A stretch of 59,236 nucleotides of DNA from an uncultured Coriobacteriia bacterium (GTDB taxonomy: Bacteria > Actinomycetota > Coriobacteriia > Coriobacteriales > CAZMJV01). The DNA is taken from contig CAZMJV010000004.1 in NCBI GenBank assembly GCA_964566905.1, positions 1 to 59,236 of the forward strand, in the 5' to 3' direction. A program made the position numbers and the translations under genes. The notes beneath the pieces were generated by a model, which worked only from the letters and a program-made list of their open reading frames with translations, was not told the origin of the DNA and did no database searches. Positions 33,702-42,014 of this stretch are shown here, piece by piece; the first letter of the stretch is position 1, and each line of letters starts with the position of its first letter.

Positions 33702-34415
33702 TTATGCGGTCCAAATCAGATAGGCTGCCGCAACAAGCATGCCCACGCCCCCGAGTTTGGTGACAACGGGAGCGACCTTCGCGACCTTTCGCATCAATCC
33801 AAGCGAGCCGGATGCGACCCCGAGAACCATCAGGGGAACGCCTCGTCCTAGACCGTAGACGAAGAGAAAAGCGGCGCCCCTGCCCGCGCTGCCGGTCGCA
33901 GCGGCGATTGTCGCGATTGCTGCGAGGATCGGGGTCGAGCACGGTGATGCGACCAAGCCGAAGAGCATCCCGAAGACGAGTGCGCCGAGCAGGCCCCTAC
34001 GCTCCGGGCGTCGCATCGGGAGTAGAGCGTTGAAACGGTCGAGCGGCAGGTCGATGACACCGAACATCTGCAGTGCGATCACGGCACACAGCGCCGCGAG
34101 GGCGTAATAGGCACCTGCTCCCAAGATCAATGCATGTCCGACCAAGCCGGCGATGGCTCCAATTGCCGCGAATACGGCGCTCATCCCCAGTACGAACACT
34201 GCGGAGAGCACAAGCGCGCGGGCGACCATGCTGCGGGGGGTCTCCTCAGGGTGATGAGCTACCATCCCTGTGACGTAGCCGAAAACCGCGGGCAGCATCG
34301 GGAGCACGCAGGGGCCGAACCCGGCGACCAGACCTCCGACGAAGGCGATGCCGAAAGCCGTGATCAATCCTCCGTGTCCTCCGATCAGCTGAGCCGCGAA
34401 GGTGTCGATGTTCAC
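33702..34415 (-). CDS. ccdA: Cytochrome c biogenesis/thiol-disulfide transporter CcdA (DsbD beta-domain family)
   Basis: 237 aa, 6 TM. Two signature Cys motifs, GFGPCVLPMLP and LVASPCSTPIL. The GTG start overlaps the upstream TGA (GTGA). Confidence 0.88.
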   Translation of the reverse strand: MNIDTFAAQLIGGHGGLITAFGIAFVGGLVAGFGPCVLPMLPAVFGYVTGMVAHHPEETPRSMVARALVLSAVFVLGMSAVFAAIGAIAGLVGHALILGAGAYYALAALCAVIALQMFGVIDLPLDRFNALLPMRRPERRGLLGALVFGMLFGLVASPCSTPILAAIATIAAATGSAGRGAAFLFVYGLGRGVPLMVLGVASGSLGLMRKVAKVAPVVTKLGGVGMLVAAAYLIWTA

Positions 34416-34906
34416 TCGCCCACCAAGGTGTCCAGGCGAGACTTCATCTCATCGGCGCTGAGAACGCCCGTGAATGAGTCGATGACTGTTCCGTCCGCCG
34501 CGATGAATATCGAGGTCGGGATGTACTGGAAGGCGAATCGCGAGGAAAGCTGCCGACCCGATGGCGAGTCGGTTATGGCATTCACGAAGCTGACCCTGCC
34601 CTCGTAACCTGGAATCACCTGATCCGCGACCGCCGAGATTTCCACGCATGGCTCGCACGTCAGTGAGTGGAAGAGGATGTAGATGGGTTTTCCCGCTTTG
34701 ATTGACGCATCGTAATCGGCGAGCGCATCGTTGCGGGTCGATGTGATCGAGGCGGCTGCCGTCTTCTCGCTCGGTGCGGTCCCAGGGGACGTGACGAGTG
34801 TCTTGGCGATCAGCGTCACTGCGATCAGCGCGACGACGACCAGAACGATAAAGAGCTGCCTCTGTACGCCACTGGGCGGTTCATCATGGTGTTCATTCTC
34901 GGGCAT
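34412..34906 (-). CDS. Membrane-anchored thioredoxin-fold protein (TlpA/ResA-like)
   Basis: 164 aa. N-terminal TM anchor LFIVLVVVALIAVTLIA, then a thioredoxin domain with FHSLTCEPC active site and cis-Pro region YIPTSIFI. Confidence 0.8.
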   Translation of the reverse strand: MPENEHHDEPPSGVQRQLFIVLVVVALIAVTLIAKTLVTSPGTAPSEKTAAASITSTRNDALADYDASIKAGKPIYILFHSLTCEPCVEISAVADQVIPGYEGRVSFVNAITDSPSGRQLSSRFAFQYIPTSIFIAADGTVIDSFTGVLSADEMKSRLDTLVGE

Positions 34907-34960
34907 GTGTCGCAGCCTCCTCAGGGCGAGCGCTGTTGTGGGATTCCGTTCGGATCGTGC

Positions 34961-35977
34961 CTACAGCAGTAGCCCGGCGTATGCGTTGAACCCGTACCCG
35001 ATGATGACGATTCCCGCGACCACGACGGCGAAGAACGTCGCGAGCAGCGGCAACTTCACCACCTTCTTCAGCAGGATAAGTGACGGCAAAGACAGCGCCG
35101 TGACGGCCATCATGAATGAGAGCACGGTTCCCAGTCCGACGCCTTTGGAGACGAGCGCCTCGGCGATCGGCAACGTGCCGAAGATGTCCGCGTACATGGG
35201 CACTCCAACGAGCGTCGCGATAAGTACCGAGAACGGGTTTTTGACTCCGAGCACTGCGGAGATGAAGTCTTGGGGGATCCAGCCGTGGATGGCCGCCCCG
35301 ATGCCCACTCCGGCTAGGACATACAGCCAGACCTTCTTCACGATGCCGACCACCTGTTCCCAAGAGAACGAGATGCGCGTGCGTCGGGTCATCTCGGGCA
35401 GATCGGCCTCGGTGAGGTGCGATCCGAATACGAACGGCTCGATGAACCTCTCGAGTTTGAGCCAACCGATGATCGAGCCGCCGATCACCGCGAGGACGAG
35501 GCCCACCACTACATACGCGATCGCGATCTTCCAGTTGAAGATGCTCGCGAGGAGGATCACCGAGGCGATGTCCACGAGTGGGGAAGAGATCAGAAAGGAG
35601 AACGTCACCCCGATAGGCAGACCTGCGGAGGTGAAGCCGATGAAGATCGGAATCGACGAGCACGAGCAGAACGGGGTGATCGTCCCCAGCAGTGCTCCGA
35701 GGATGCTTGCCCCGACACCGTGGAATCGGCCGAGGATGCGGCGCGTCCTTTCGGGTGGGAAGTAGCTCTGTATGTACGAGATCGTGAAGATCAGCACGGA
35801 GAGCAGCACGAAGATCTTGACTGTGTCGTAGATGAAGAACTGGACGCTCGACCCGACTCGCTCTGAGAGCGGAAGACCGAGAATCCTCTCCACGAAATTC
35901 CCGACGAGGTCATTGAGCCACAGCATCTTGAGCAGGCTGTCGTTGAGCCAGGCGAACATCGATCCGATCGCACTCAT
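34961..35977 (-). CDS. Permease of the ArsP/DUF318 family (vicinal-Cys CSC motif)
   Basis: 338 aa, ~8-10 TM. Hallmark ...GTITPFCSCSSIPIFIGF... The ATG overlaps the upstream TGA (ATGA). Confidence 0.8.
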   Translation of the reverse strand: MSAIGSMFAWLNDSLLKMLWLNDLVGNFVERILGLPLSERVGSSVQFFIYDTVKIFVLLSVLIFTISYIQSYFPPERTRRILGRFHGVGASILGALLGTITPFCSCSSIPIFIGFTSAGLPIGVTFSFLISSPLVDIASVILLASIFNWKIAIAYVVVGLVLAVIGGSIIGWLKLERFIEPFVFGSHLTEADLPEMTRRTRISFSWEQVVGIVKKVWLYVLAGVGIGAAIHGWIPQDFISAVLGVKNPFSVLIATLVGVPMYADIFGTLPIAEALVSKGVGLGTVLSFMMAVTALSLPSLILLKKVVKLPLLATFFAVVVAGIVIIGYGFNAYAGLLL

Positions 35978-36207
35978 CGCGTCAGTGCCGCCTTTACCTC
36001 GTCAAGCGAGGGCACACGCCCGGCGATCATGACCTTCTCGTCGACGACGAGTCCCGGGGTCGACATGATTCCGAACGCCATGATCTCCGGATACTCGGTG
36101 ACCTTGACGATATCCGCGTCGAGGCCGAGTTCCTCGACGGCCGCGCGGACGGTCGCCTCGAGTTTCTTGCAGTTTGAGCATCCCGGGCCGAGCACTTTGA
36201 TGACCAT
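35974..36207 (-). CDS. Small thioredoxin-like protein ('redox-active disulfide protein 2' type, 77 aa)
   Basis: ATG at 36207 after GAGAGGAA. MVIKVLGPGCSNCKKLEATV...STPGLVVDEKVMIAGRVPSLDEVKAAL, i.e. CxxC plus cis-Pro. The 150-aa track ORF is an upstream extension. Confidence 0.85.
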   Translation of the reverse strand: MVIKVLGPGCSNCKKLEATVRAAVEELGLDADIVKVTEYPEIMAFGIMSTPGLVVDEKVMIAGRVPSLDEVKAALTR

Positions 36208-36230
36208 GATGGTTCCTCTCTGATTCCTCG

Positions 36231-36569
36231 TTAGAGGTTCGACAGTTCCCTTGCTGTTGCGCCAAGCACGTCGCGACGCAGCGTGTAGTACGACCACTGC
36301 CCGTCCTTGCGCGTGTCGATGAGCCCCGCTTTCCGGAGTACCGACATGTGGTGTGTGATGGTGGATGCCGCGAGGCCGAGGTGTTCGGATATCTTGCACG
36401 CGCAGACCTCGTCGGCCGAACAGCACGTCTTGCCGGGTTGGGGCGTTGATTCGGAGAGGACTCTCAGAATCTCCCGACGATGCTCGGAGGCGAGCGCCTT
36501 GAAGACCTCGTTGAAGTCGATTGCAGCCGCGACGGCGGTGTTCATCGGTGCTATCCCGTCGACTTTCAT
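36231..36569 (-). CDS. arsR: ArsR/SmtB-family metalloregulator with canonical CxC metalloid site
   Basis: ATG at 36569, 5 nt after GGAGG. MKVDG...FKALASEHRREILRVL...KTCCSADEVCACKISEHLGLAASTITHHMSVLRKAGLI. EVCACKI corresponds to the ELCVCDL As(III)/metal site. The track start (TTG 36608) adds 13 aa. Confidence 0.85.
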   Translation of the reverse strand: MKVDGIAPMNTAVAAAIDFNEVFKALASEHRREILRVLSESTPQPGKTCCSADEVCACKISEHLGLAASTITHHMSVLRKAGLIDTRKDGQWSYYTLRRDVLGATARELSNL

Positions 36570-36580
36570 GCGAACCTCCA

Positions 36581-36637
36581 TTTCGAATAGTTTCGAACTA
36601 CACGCCAAAGATACCTACTGGGGTATGCGGATGTCAA
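36581..36637 (-). promoter_or_regulatory. Putative promoter and operator of the minus-strand redox operon
   Basis: On the minus strand: TTGACA (36637-32), 18 nt, TATCTT (36613-08). Downstream lie tandem TTTCGAA half-sites (+ strand TTTCGAAtagTTTCGAA, 36581-36597), each containing the TTCGAA palindrome, just upstream of the SD. Confidence 0.35.
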
Positions 36638-36770
36638 GGTAGCTTGAGATAAGGCTCGTGACGGAATCGTGTCGCCTCGCTTCCGTTTCTATCGAAGTGA
36701 ATGGGGTTGCTTTACAATGGTGCCATCGAAGAATGATGCGGCGAGAGAGGGGGAGTGCAGAGTCGCGGGT

Positions 36771-36950
36771 ACCAGCAAGCGCCAGGCCTGGCGAAGCGCC
36801 AGGTGACGAGGTGGAAGCTTATCGAAAGATTCGGCGGATGGCTTCCCGGCATCTCGGGGTCGATACGGAGACTACAAAACCTGCGGGCGACCGCAGAACA
36901 GAACAGCTCCGGACCGAGAACGACAGCGAACACTTCTTCGATCAGCGCGT
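36771..36950 (+). ncRNA. glmS ribozyme: glmS ribozyme (GlcN6P-dependent self-cleaving riboswitch)
   Basis: AAGCGCCAGGCCUGGCGAAGCGCCAGGUGACGAGGUGGAAGCUUAUCGAAAGAUUCGGCGGAUGGCUUCCCGG matches the conserved core as I recall it (A|GCGCCAG..CUGGC..GCGCC....GACGAGG....UAUCGA.A.UUCGGCGGAUG.CUCCCGG). The predicted cleavage site lies between A36778 and G36779. A P4-like hairpin CUGCGG-gcga-CCGCAG lies downstream, ~70 nt before the glmS ATG. The 3' boundary is approximate. Confidence 0.85.
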
Positions 36951-37022
36951 GCGTGCGGTTTCGTTCTCCGCGCGCGGTGCAGCAGGTCACATCACCCGAT
37001 TAATCGACCCTGGAGGTCATAT

Positions 37023-38849
37023 ATGTGCGGAATCGTCGGCTACGTCGGTCCGAGGCAGGCAAAGGACGTCTTGCTCTCCGGCCTCATCAAATTGGAGTAC
37101 CGCGGGTATGACTCCGCGGGAATCGCGATCCTCGACGGCGGGGAGGGGATCGGCGTGCTGTGTCGCGCCGGAAAGATCTCCGAGCTCGCCGAGCAGGTCC
37201 AGGCCACCCCGCTCCCCGGCGGTTCGGGAATCGGCCACACGCGTTGGGCGACCCACGGCGGACCGAGCGAGGAGAACGCGCATCCGCACCGCGACTGCAC
37301 CGGCAAGATCGCGGTGGTGCACAACGGCATCATCGAGAACTACCTCTCCCTCAGGGAGCAGCTCCGCTCCGAGGGCCACACCTTCACGTCGGAGACCGAC
37401 ACCGAGGTCGTCGCTCATCTTCTTGAGAAGTACTACGACGGTGATATGGCTCTCGCGATGCGCAAGGTGGTCGAGCACCTCGAGGGCGCCTATGCGCTCG
37501 CGGCGGTCCACAGCGACCACCAGGGTCAGATCGTCGTCACGCGCCACGATTCGCCGATCGTCATCGGGGTCGGGGAGGACGAGACCGTCGTTGCCTCGGA
37601 TATCCCCGCAATCGTCGAGTTCACCCGCGACGTCATCTTCCTCAACGACGGCGAGTTCGCCGTAGTGACCCATGACGGCGTCACCTTGCTCGACGCCGCG
37701 GGTAACGAGATCGAGCCCGAGATCGACCACGTCGATTGGGACGTCGCAGCCGCCGAGCGGGGCGGGTACGAGGACTTCATGATCAAGGAGATCCACGAGC
37801 AGCCGCGGGTCATCCATGACACGTTGGTCGGTCGCGTCGCCGACGGTGTGGTCGAGCTCGACGAGCTCGCCCTCACGGCCGACGAACTCACCGCCATCGA
37901 CCGCATCTATATCATCGCGTGTGGCACCAGCTACCACGCCGGCTTGGTCGCCAAGACGCTCATCGAGTCGTGGGCGCGCATCCCCGTCGAAGTCGACGTC
38001 TCCAGCGAGTTCAGGTACCGCGACCCGATCGTCACCGATACGACCCTCGTCGTCGCCATCACGCAGTCCGGCGAGACGGCCGACACCCTCGCCGGCATCC
38101 GCGAGGCCCGGTCGCGCGGCGCGAAGGTCTTCTCGGTGACCAACGTCATCGGCTCCCGCGTCACCCGCGAGAGCGACGGGGTCATCTACACCAAGGCCGG
38201 CCCCGAGATCTCGGTCGCGGCGACCAAGTCGTTCACCGCCCAGCTCGCCGCCATCTACGTTCTCGCGCTCTTCCTCGCGCAGAGCAAAGGCAAGCTCTCG
38301 CCCGACCAGATCCAGGGGATATTCGACGAGCTCAACGAGATTCCCGCGATGGTCGAGCACATCCTGAGCGACACCTCCGCCATCGAGCGTTGCGCCGACC
38401 AGTGCGTCGACGCCCACTCCGCGCTCTTCCTAGGCAGGGGCATCGGTTCGGCGGTCTGCGCCGAGGGCGCTCTCAAGCTCAAAGAGATCAGCTACCTGCA
38501 CGCCGAGGCGTATCCCGCAGGCGAGCTCAAGCACGGACCCATCGCGCTCGTCGACGACGGCATTCCGGTCATCGCGGTCGCGACCGAGAGCTCGACTCGT
38601 GAGAAGACCATCTCGAATATCCAGGAGGTGAAGGCGCGCGGTGCCATCACCATCGCTGTGGCGACCGAGGGCGACGAGACGATCGCGCACCACACCGAGT
38701 ACATCATGTACATCCCGAAGGTCAGCGAGCTGCTCTCCGCGATTCCCGCGGTGGTACCGTTGCAGCTCTTTGCCCGCTTCGTCGCGCTCAAGCGCGGGTG
38801 CAACATCGACCAGCCCCGCAACCTCGCAAAATCGGTAACGGTGGAGTAG
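37023..38849 (+). CDS. glmS: Glutamine--fructose-6-phosphate aminotransferase
   Basis: 608 aa. MCGIVGYVG (N-terminal Cys nucleophile), two SIS domains, C-terminal ...NLAKSVTVE. Confidence 0.97.
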   Translation: MCGIVGYVGPRQAKDVLLSGLIKLEYRGYDSAGIAILDGGEGIGVLCRAGKISELAEQVQATPLPGGSGIGHTRWATHGGPSEENAHPHRDCTGKIAVVHNGIIENYLSLREQLRSEGHTFTSETDTEVVAHLLEKYYDGDMALAMRKVVEHLEGAYALAAVHSDHQGQIVVTRHDSPIVIGVGEDETVVASDIPAIVEFTRDVIFLNDGEFAVVTHDGVTLLDAAGNEIEPEIDHVDWDVAAAERGGYEDFMIKEIHEQPRVIHDTLVGRVADGVVELDELALTADELTAIDRIYIIACGTSYHAGLVAKTLIESWARIPVEVDVSSEFRYRDPIVTDTTLVVAITQSGETADTLAGIREARSRGAKVFSVTNVIGSRVTRESDGVIYTKAGPEISVAATKSFTAQLAAIYVLALFLAQSKGKLSPDQIQGIFDELNEIPAMVEHILSDTSAIERCADQCVDAHSALFLGRGIGSAVCAEGALKLKEISYLHAEAYPAGELKHGPIALVDDGIPVIAVATESSTREKTISNIQEVKARGAITIAVATEGDETIAHHTEYIMYIPKVSELLSAIPAVVPLQLFARFVALKRGCNIDQPRNLAKSVTVE

Positions 38850-38851
38850 AG

Positions 38852-39391
38852 ATGTCGGTAGCGGGCCTCGGGGTCGATATCGTCGAGATCGAGCGCATGA
38901 AGCGCGCCCTCGCCAAGTCGCCGAACATCCGGCAGAAGGCGTTCTCCGTCGCTGAGCAGGAGTACTGCGACAAGTCCTCTCGCCCCGAGATCCACTACGC
39001 TCTGCGGTTCGCTGCCAAAGAGGCCGTACTCAAGGCGCTGGGTACCGGGTTCACCGGCATGAGGTTCACCGACGTCGAAGTGGTTCGAGACGAGAAGGGC
39101 CGGCCGTCGCCGAAGCTCTCCGGTCGCGCCGCCCAAGTCGCCGAGGAGCGCGGCATCGTCGAGATGCACCTCTCGCTTTCCTTCACGCACACCACCGCGG
39201 TCGCATCTGCGGTCGCGGTGACCGAGGCGTCGCGTCCCGTCAAAGACGACCGCGTCGATCCCCGTGCGGAGCTCGCCGCATCGTTCAAGGAGATGCGCGG
39301 GATGCTGGACTCCATCGATGCACCGCGTCCGACCTCAGGGTATGAATCCTCCGAAGAGAGTCACGATGTGCCGGGGGACAGCGAGGAGTAA
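38852..39391 (+). CDS. acpS: Holo-[acyl-carrier-protein] synthase (with ~55-aa acidic C-terminal tail)
   Basis: ATG at 38852, 2 nt after the glmS stop. GLGVDIVEIERM..., FAAKEAVLKALG, HLSLSFT. 179 aa, versus the ~120-130 aa I recall as usual. Confidence 0.85.
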   Translation: MSVAGLGVDIVEIERMKRALAKSPNIRQKAFSVAEQEYCDKSSRPEIHYALRFAAKEAVLKALGTGFTGMRFTDVEVVRDEKGRPSPKLSGRAAQVAEERGIVEMHLSLSFTHTTAVASAVAVTEASRPVKDDRVDPRAELAASFKEMRGMLDSIDAPRPTSGYESSEESHDVPGDSEE

Positions 39392-39409
39392 CCGGAACGG
39401 AGGTGCGCG

Positions 39410-40282
39410 GTGGACCTGAACCTCGAGTTGGTCGAGCCCGATTATCCGGGGCTGATCCCCATGCGGGAACCGGACGCGCACAAGTACTCCCACGGCACGG
39501 TGCTGGTGATCGCTGGCTCAGAGCGTTTCCCTGGGGCCGCGGTCCTGGCGACCAAGGCGGCCGCTCGGAGTGGGGCGGGCTACGTGACGCTCGCGACTCC
39601 GGGACGCTCGGCGGATGTCGCCCATGTGCATCTGCTTTCGTCTCCGGTGCTGAGGTGCCTCGACGTGGACGGTGCGTTCGCCTCCGAATCCATCGAACCT
39701 CTCCTCGCTCGGGCAGCGCTGGTTGATGCCGTCGTGTTGGGCCCCGGAATCCTGGTGACCGACGGGACACGCCGTCTCGTCTCCGCCTTCCTCTCCCGAT
39801 GCGACAAGCCTTTGGTCATCGATGCCGATGCGCTCAACGTCATCTCCGAGGACCCTTCCGCGCTCTTGGCGCGCACCGCTCCCTGTGTGCTCACCCCTCA
39901 CGAGGGGGAGGCGGGGAGACTCGCGTCCGCGCTGGGCGTGAGCATGTCTTCCGATAGGGTATTCTCGTGTCAGGCGCTCACTGGAGCAGGACGAGCGGTG
40001 CTGCTCAAGGGGCTGGGGACGGTGACGTGCGACGCGACGCGTTGTGCGAGATGTCCACGGGGCTCGGCGGCACTCGCGACGGCCGGGACCGGGGATGTGC
40101 TGAGCGGCGTGATCGGAGCGCTTCTCGCCGCGGGGCTCGATCCGTTCTCCGCCGGTGCCTTGGCCGCGTATCTGCACGGCAGGGCAGGGGAGTTGGCGGA
40201 GGCTCGACGGGGGGTGCTCGGCACCCTCGCGGAGGATGTGCTCGACGAGTTGCCACAGGCGTTTATTGAATCGAGTCGATGA
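39410..40282 (+). CDS. nnrD: ADP-dependent NAD(P)H-hydrate dehydratase (YjeF C-terminal domain type)
   Basis: GTG start, 290 aa. HKYSHGTVLVIAGS..FPGAA.LA..AA.R.GAG, TPHEGEA, AGTGDVLSGVIGALLA. Confidence 0.88.
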   Translation: MDLNLELVEPDYPGLIPMREPDAHKYSHGTVLVIAGSERFPGAAVLATKAAARSGAGYVTLATPGRSADVAHVHLLSSPVLRCLDVDGAFASESIEPLLARAALVDAVVLGPGILVTDGTRRLVSAFLSRCDKPLVIDADALNVISEDPSALLARTAPCVLTPHEGEAGRLASALGVSMSSDRVFSCQALTGAGRAVLLKGLGTVTCDATRCARCPRGSAALATAGTGDVLSGVIGALLAAGLDPFSAGALAAYLHGRAGELAEARRGVLGTLAEDVLDELPQAFIESSR

Positions 40283-40307
40283 CTCGGCCGATGTTTTGGA
40301 GGAAGAC

Positions 40308-40766
40308 ATGGAAGAGATCCGCGTATCCGAAGTCATGACGAAGAACCCCACCACGATCGATGCGGAGACTCCGATCCTGGAGGTTGCCCGCGTGCTCGTG
40401 GAGAATAAGATCGGCGGCCTTCCGGTGGTCAAGGACGGGAAACTCATCGGAATCGTCACGGATGGCGACCTGATCATGCAGGACATCCGCCTCGAGTACC
40501 CGAGCTACGTCCAGTTCATCGACGGCGTGTTCCTCTCGCCGGCTGCGGTTTCGCGTTTCGAGGATCGTCTCAGGAAGGCCGTGGGCGCGCACGTCGAGGA
40601 CGTCATGACCACCGACGTCGTCACCACGACCCCGACGTCGACCATCGAAGATGCCGCGACGCTCATGGTGGAGAACCGCATCTCGCGCCTCCCCGTCGTC
40701 GAGGGCGACACCGTCGTCGGAATCATCACAAAGGCGGACATCGTCCGCTCCATGCTCAAGGCGTAG
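40308..40766 (+). CDS. CBS-domain pair protein
   Basis: ATG at 40308 after GGAGGAAG. 152 aa with two CBS repeats (VSEVMTKNPTTI...GGLPVV; VEDVMTTDVVTT...SRLPVV). Confidence 0.8.
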   Translation: MEEIRVSEVMTKNPTTIDAETPILEVARVLVENKIGGLPVVKDGKLIGIVTDGDLIMQDIRLEYPSYVQFIDGVFLSPAAVSRFEDRLRKAVGAHVEDVMTTDVVTTTPTSTIEDAATLMVENRISRLPVVEGDTVVGIITKADIVRSMLKA

Positions 40767-40770
40767 CGCG

Positions 40771-41910
40771 GTGCGGTTCACCAGGTGGGCTTGGATGGAG
40801 GTCGACCTCTCTGCGATTCGCGTGAACGTCGCGACGTTCCGCGAGCGCATCGGGCCTCAACGAAAGCTGATGGCCGTCGTCAAGGCGGACGGATACGGCC
40901 ACGGCGCCGTCGAGGTCGCGCGCACGGCCCTCGGAGCGGGGGCTGACTTTCTCGGCGTGGCCACGGTCGACGAGGCCATCGAACTGCGCCGCTCGGGGAT
41001 CGTGGCGCCAACGCTCATACTCTCCGAGCCGCCCATCGACGCCCTGCCGCTTCTGTTCGAGTACCGGATCATCCCGGCCGTCTCCACCACCGAGTTCGCG
41101 CTCGCGCTCGGCGAGCTCGCGGAGGCGCGCGACGACGTGGCCCCGTTCCACCTCAAGGTCGATACGGGCATGAACCGCATCGGGGTGCATCATCTGGATG
41201 CTCCCGGATTCGCGAACTCGTTCTCCTTCCATCCCGGTCTTCGGATGGAGGGTGTCTTCACCCACTTCGCGACGGCGGATGTCCCCGGCGACTGGGAGTA
41301 CACCGCACAGCTGGAGAAGTTTACGACGGCGGTCACGGCCATGCGCCAAGACGGCGTGGACGTCGGGATCGTGCATGCTGCGAACTCGGCCGCGACGATT
41401 CTGCACCCCGAGGCTCTGTTCGACATGGTCCGCGTCGGAATCTCGCTCTACGGACTGCACCCCGACGCGAGCACCAAGGGTGCGATCGATCTGGTTCCCG
41501 CCATGTCGGTCAAGGCCCGCATCACACTCGTGAAGGAGCCCTCGCTCGGCGAGGGGGTCGGCTACGGGCTCACGCACCGAGTCGGGCTCAACGCGCAGAT
41601 CGCGACGATCCCACTCGGATACGCAGACGGCGTCCACCGCGTCCTCTCCGGCAAGATGGACGCACTCCATGGCGGCCGACGAGTGAGCCAGGTCGGCCGG
41701 GTGTGCATGGACCAGATGATGCTGGAGACCTCTCCGACCCGCACGCGTGCCGGTCTTTTGGGCGGCTTCCAAGTCGGGGACGAGGTCGTGTTGGTGGGTC
41801 GTCAGGGCGGAGCCGAGATAGAACTCGACGAACTCGCCGAGACGGCAGGCACGATCAACTACGAACTCGCGTGCTCATTTGGGATGAGACTTCCAAAGAT
41901 TTTCCTCTAG
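40771..41910 (+). CDS. alr: Alanine racemase
   Basis: GTG at 40771. ...WMEVDLSAIRVNV....MAVVKADGYGHGA (PLP-Lys motif). 379 aa. Confidence 0.93.
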   Translation: MRFTRWAWMEVDLSAIRVNVATFRERIGPQRKLMAVVKADGYGHGAVEVARTALGAGADFLGVATVDEAIELRRSGIVAPTLILSEPPIDALPLLFEYRIIPAVSTTEFALALGELAEARDDVAPFHLKVDTGMNRIGVHHLDAPGFANSFSFHPGLRMEGVFTHFATADVPGDWEYTAQLEKFTTAVTAMRQDGVDVGIVHAANSAATILHPEALFDMVRVGISLYGLHPDASTKGAIDLVPAMSVKARITLVKEPSLGEGVGYGLTHRVGLNAQIATIPLGYADGVHRVLSGKMDALHGGRRVSQVGRVCMDQMMLETSPTRTRAGLLGGFQVGDEVVLVGRQGGAEIELDELAETAGTINYELACSFGMRLPKIFL

Positions 41911-41941
41911 TTGTGTATTTCCCGTGGAGTGGTGATAGACT
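41911..41941 (+). promoter_or_regulatory. Putative promoter of the V/A-ATPase operon
   Basis: TTGTGT (41911-16) and an extended -10, TGaTAGACT (41933-41). The spacer is a long 19 nt, so confidence is low. Confidence 0.3.
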
Positions 41942-42014
41942 CAAGTCGACTGGTTTAGCAAGGCAATGACTCAACTGAATACAGTTCCGACTAGAGCGAG
42001 TTCGGGGAGGTCCC

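Noticed and set aside
36658-37665. 335-aa + strand ORF starting upstream of glmS
   Set aside because: It runs through the glmS ribozyme and then out of frame through glmS. Its translation is Arg/Ser/Pro-rich nonsense. The region is explained by the ribozyme plus glmS.
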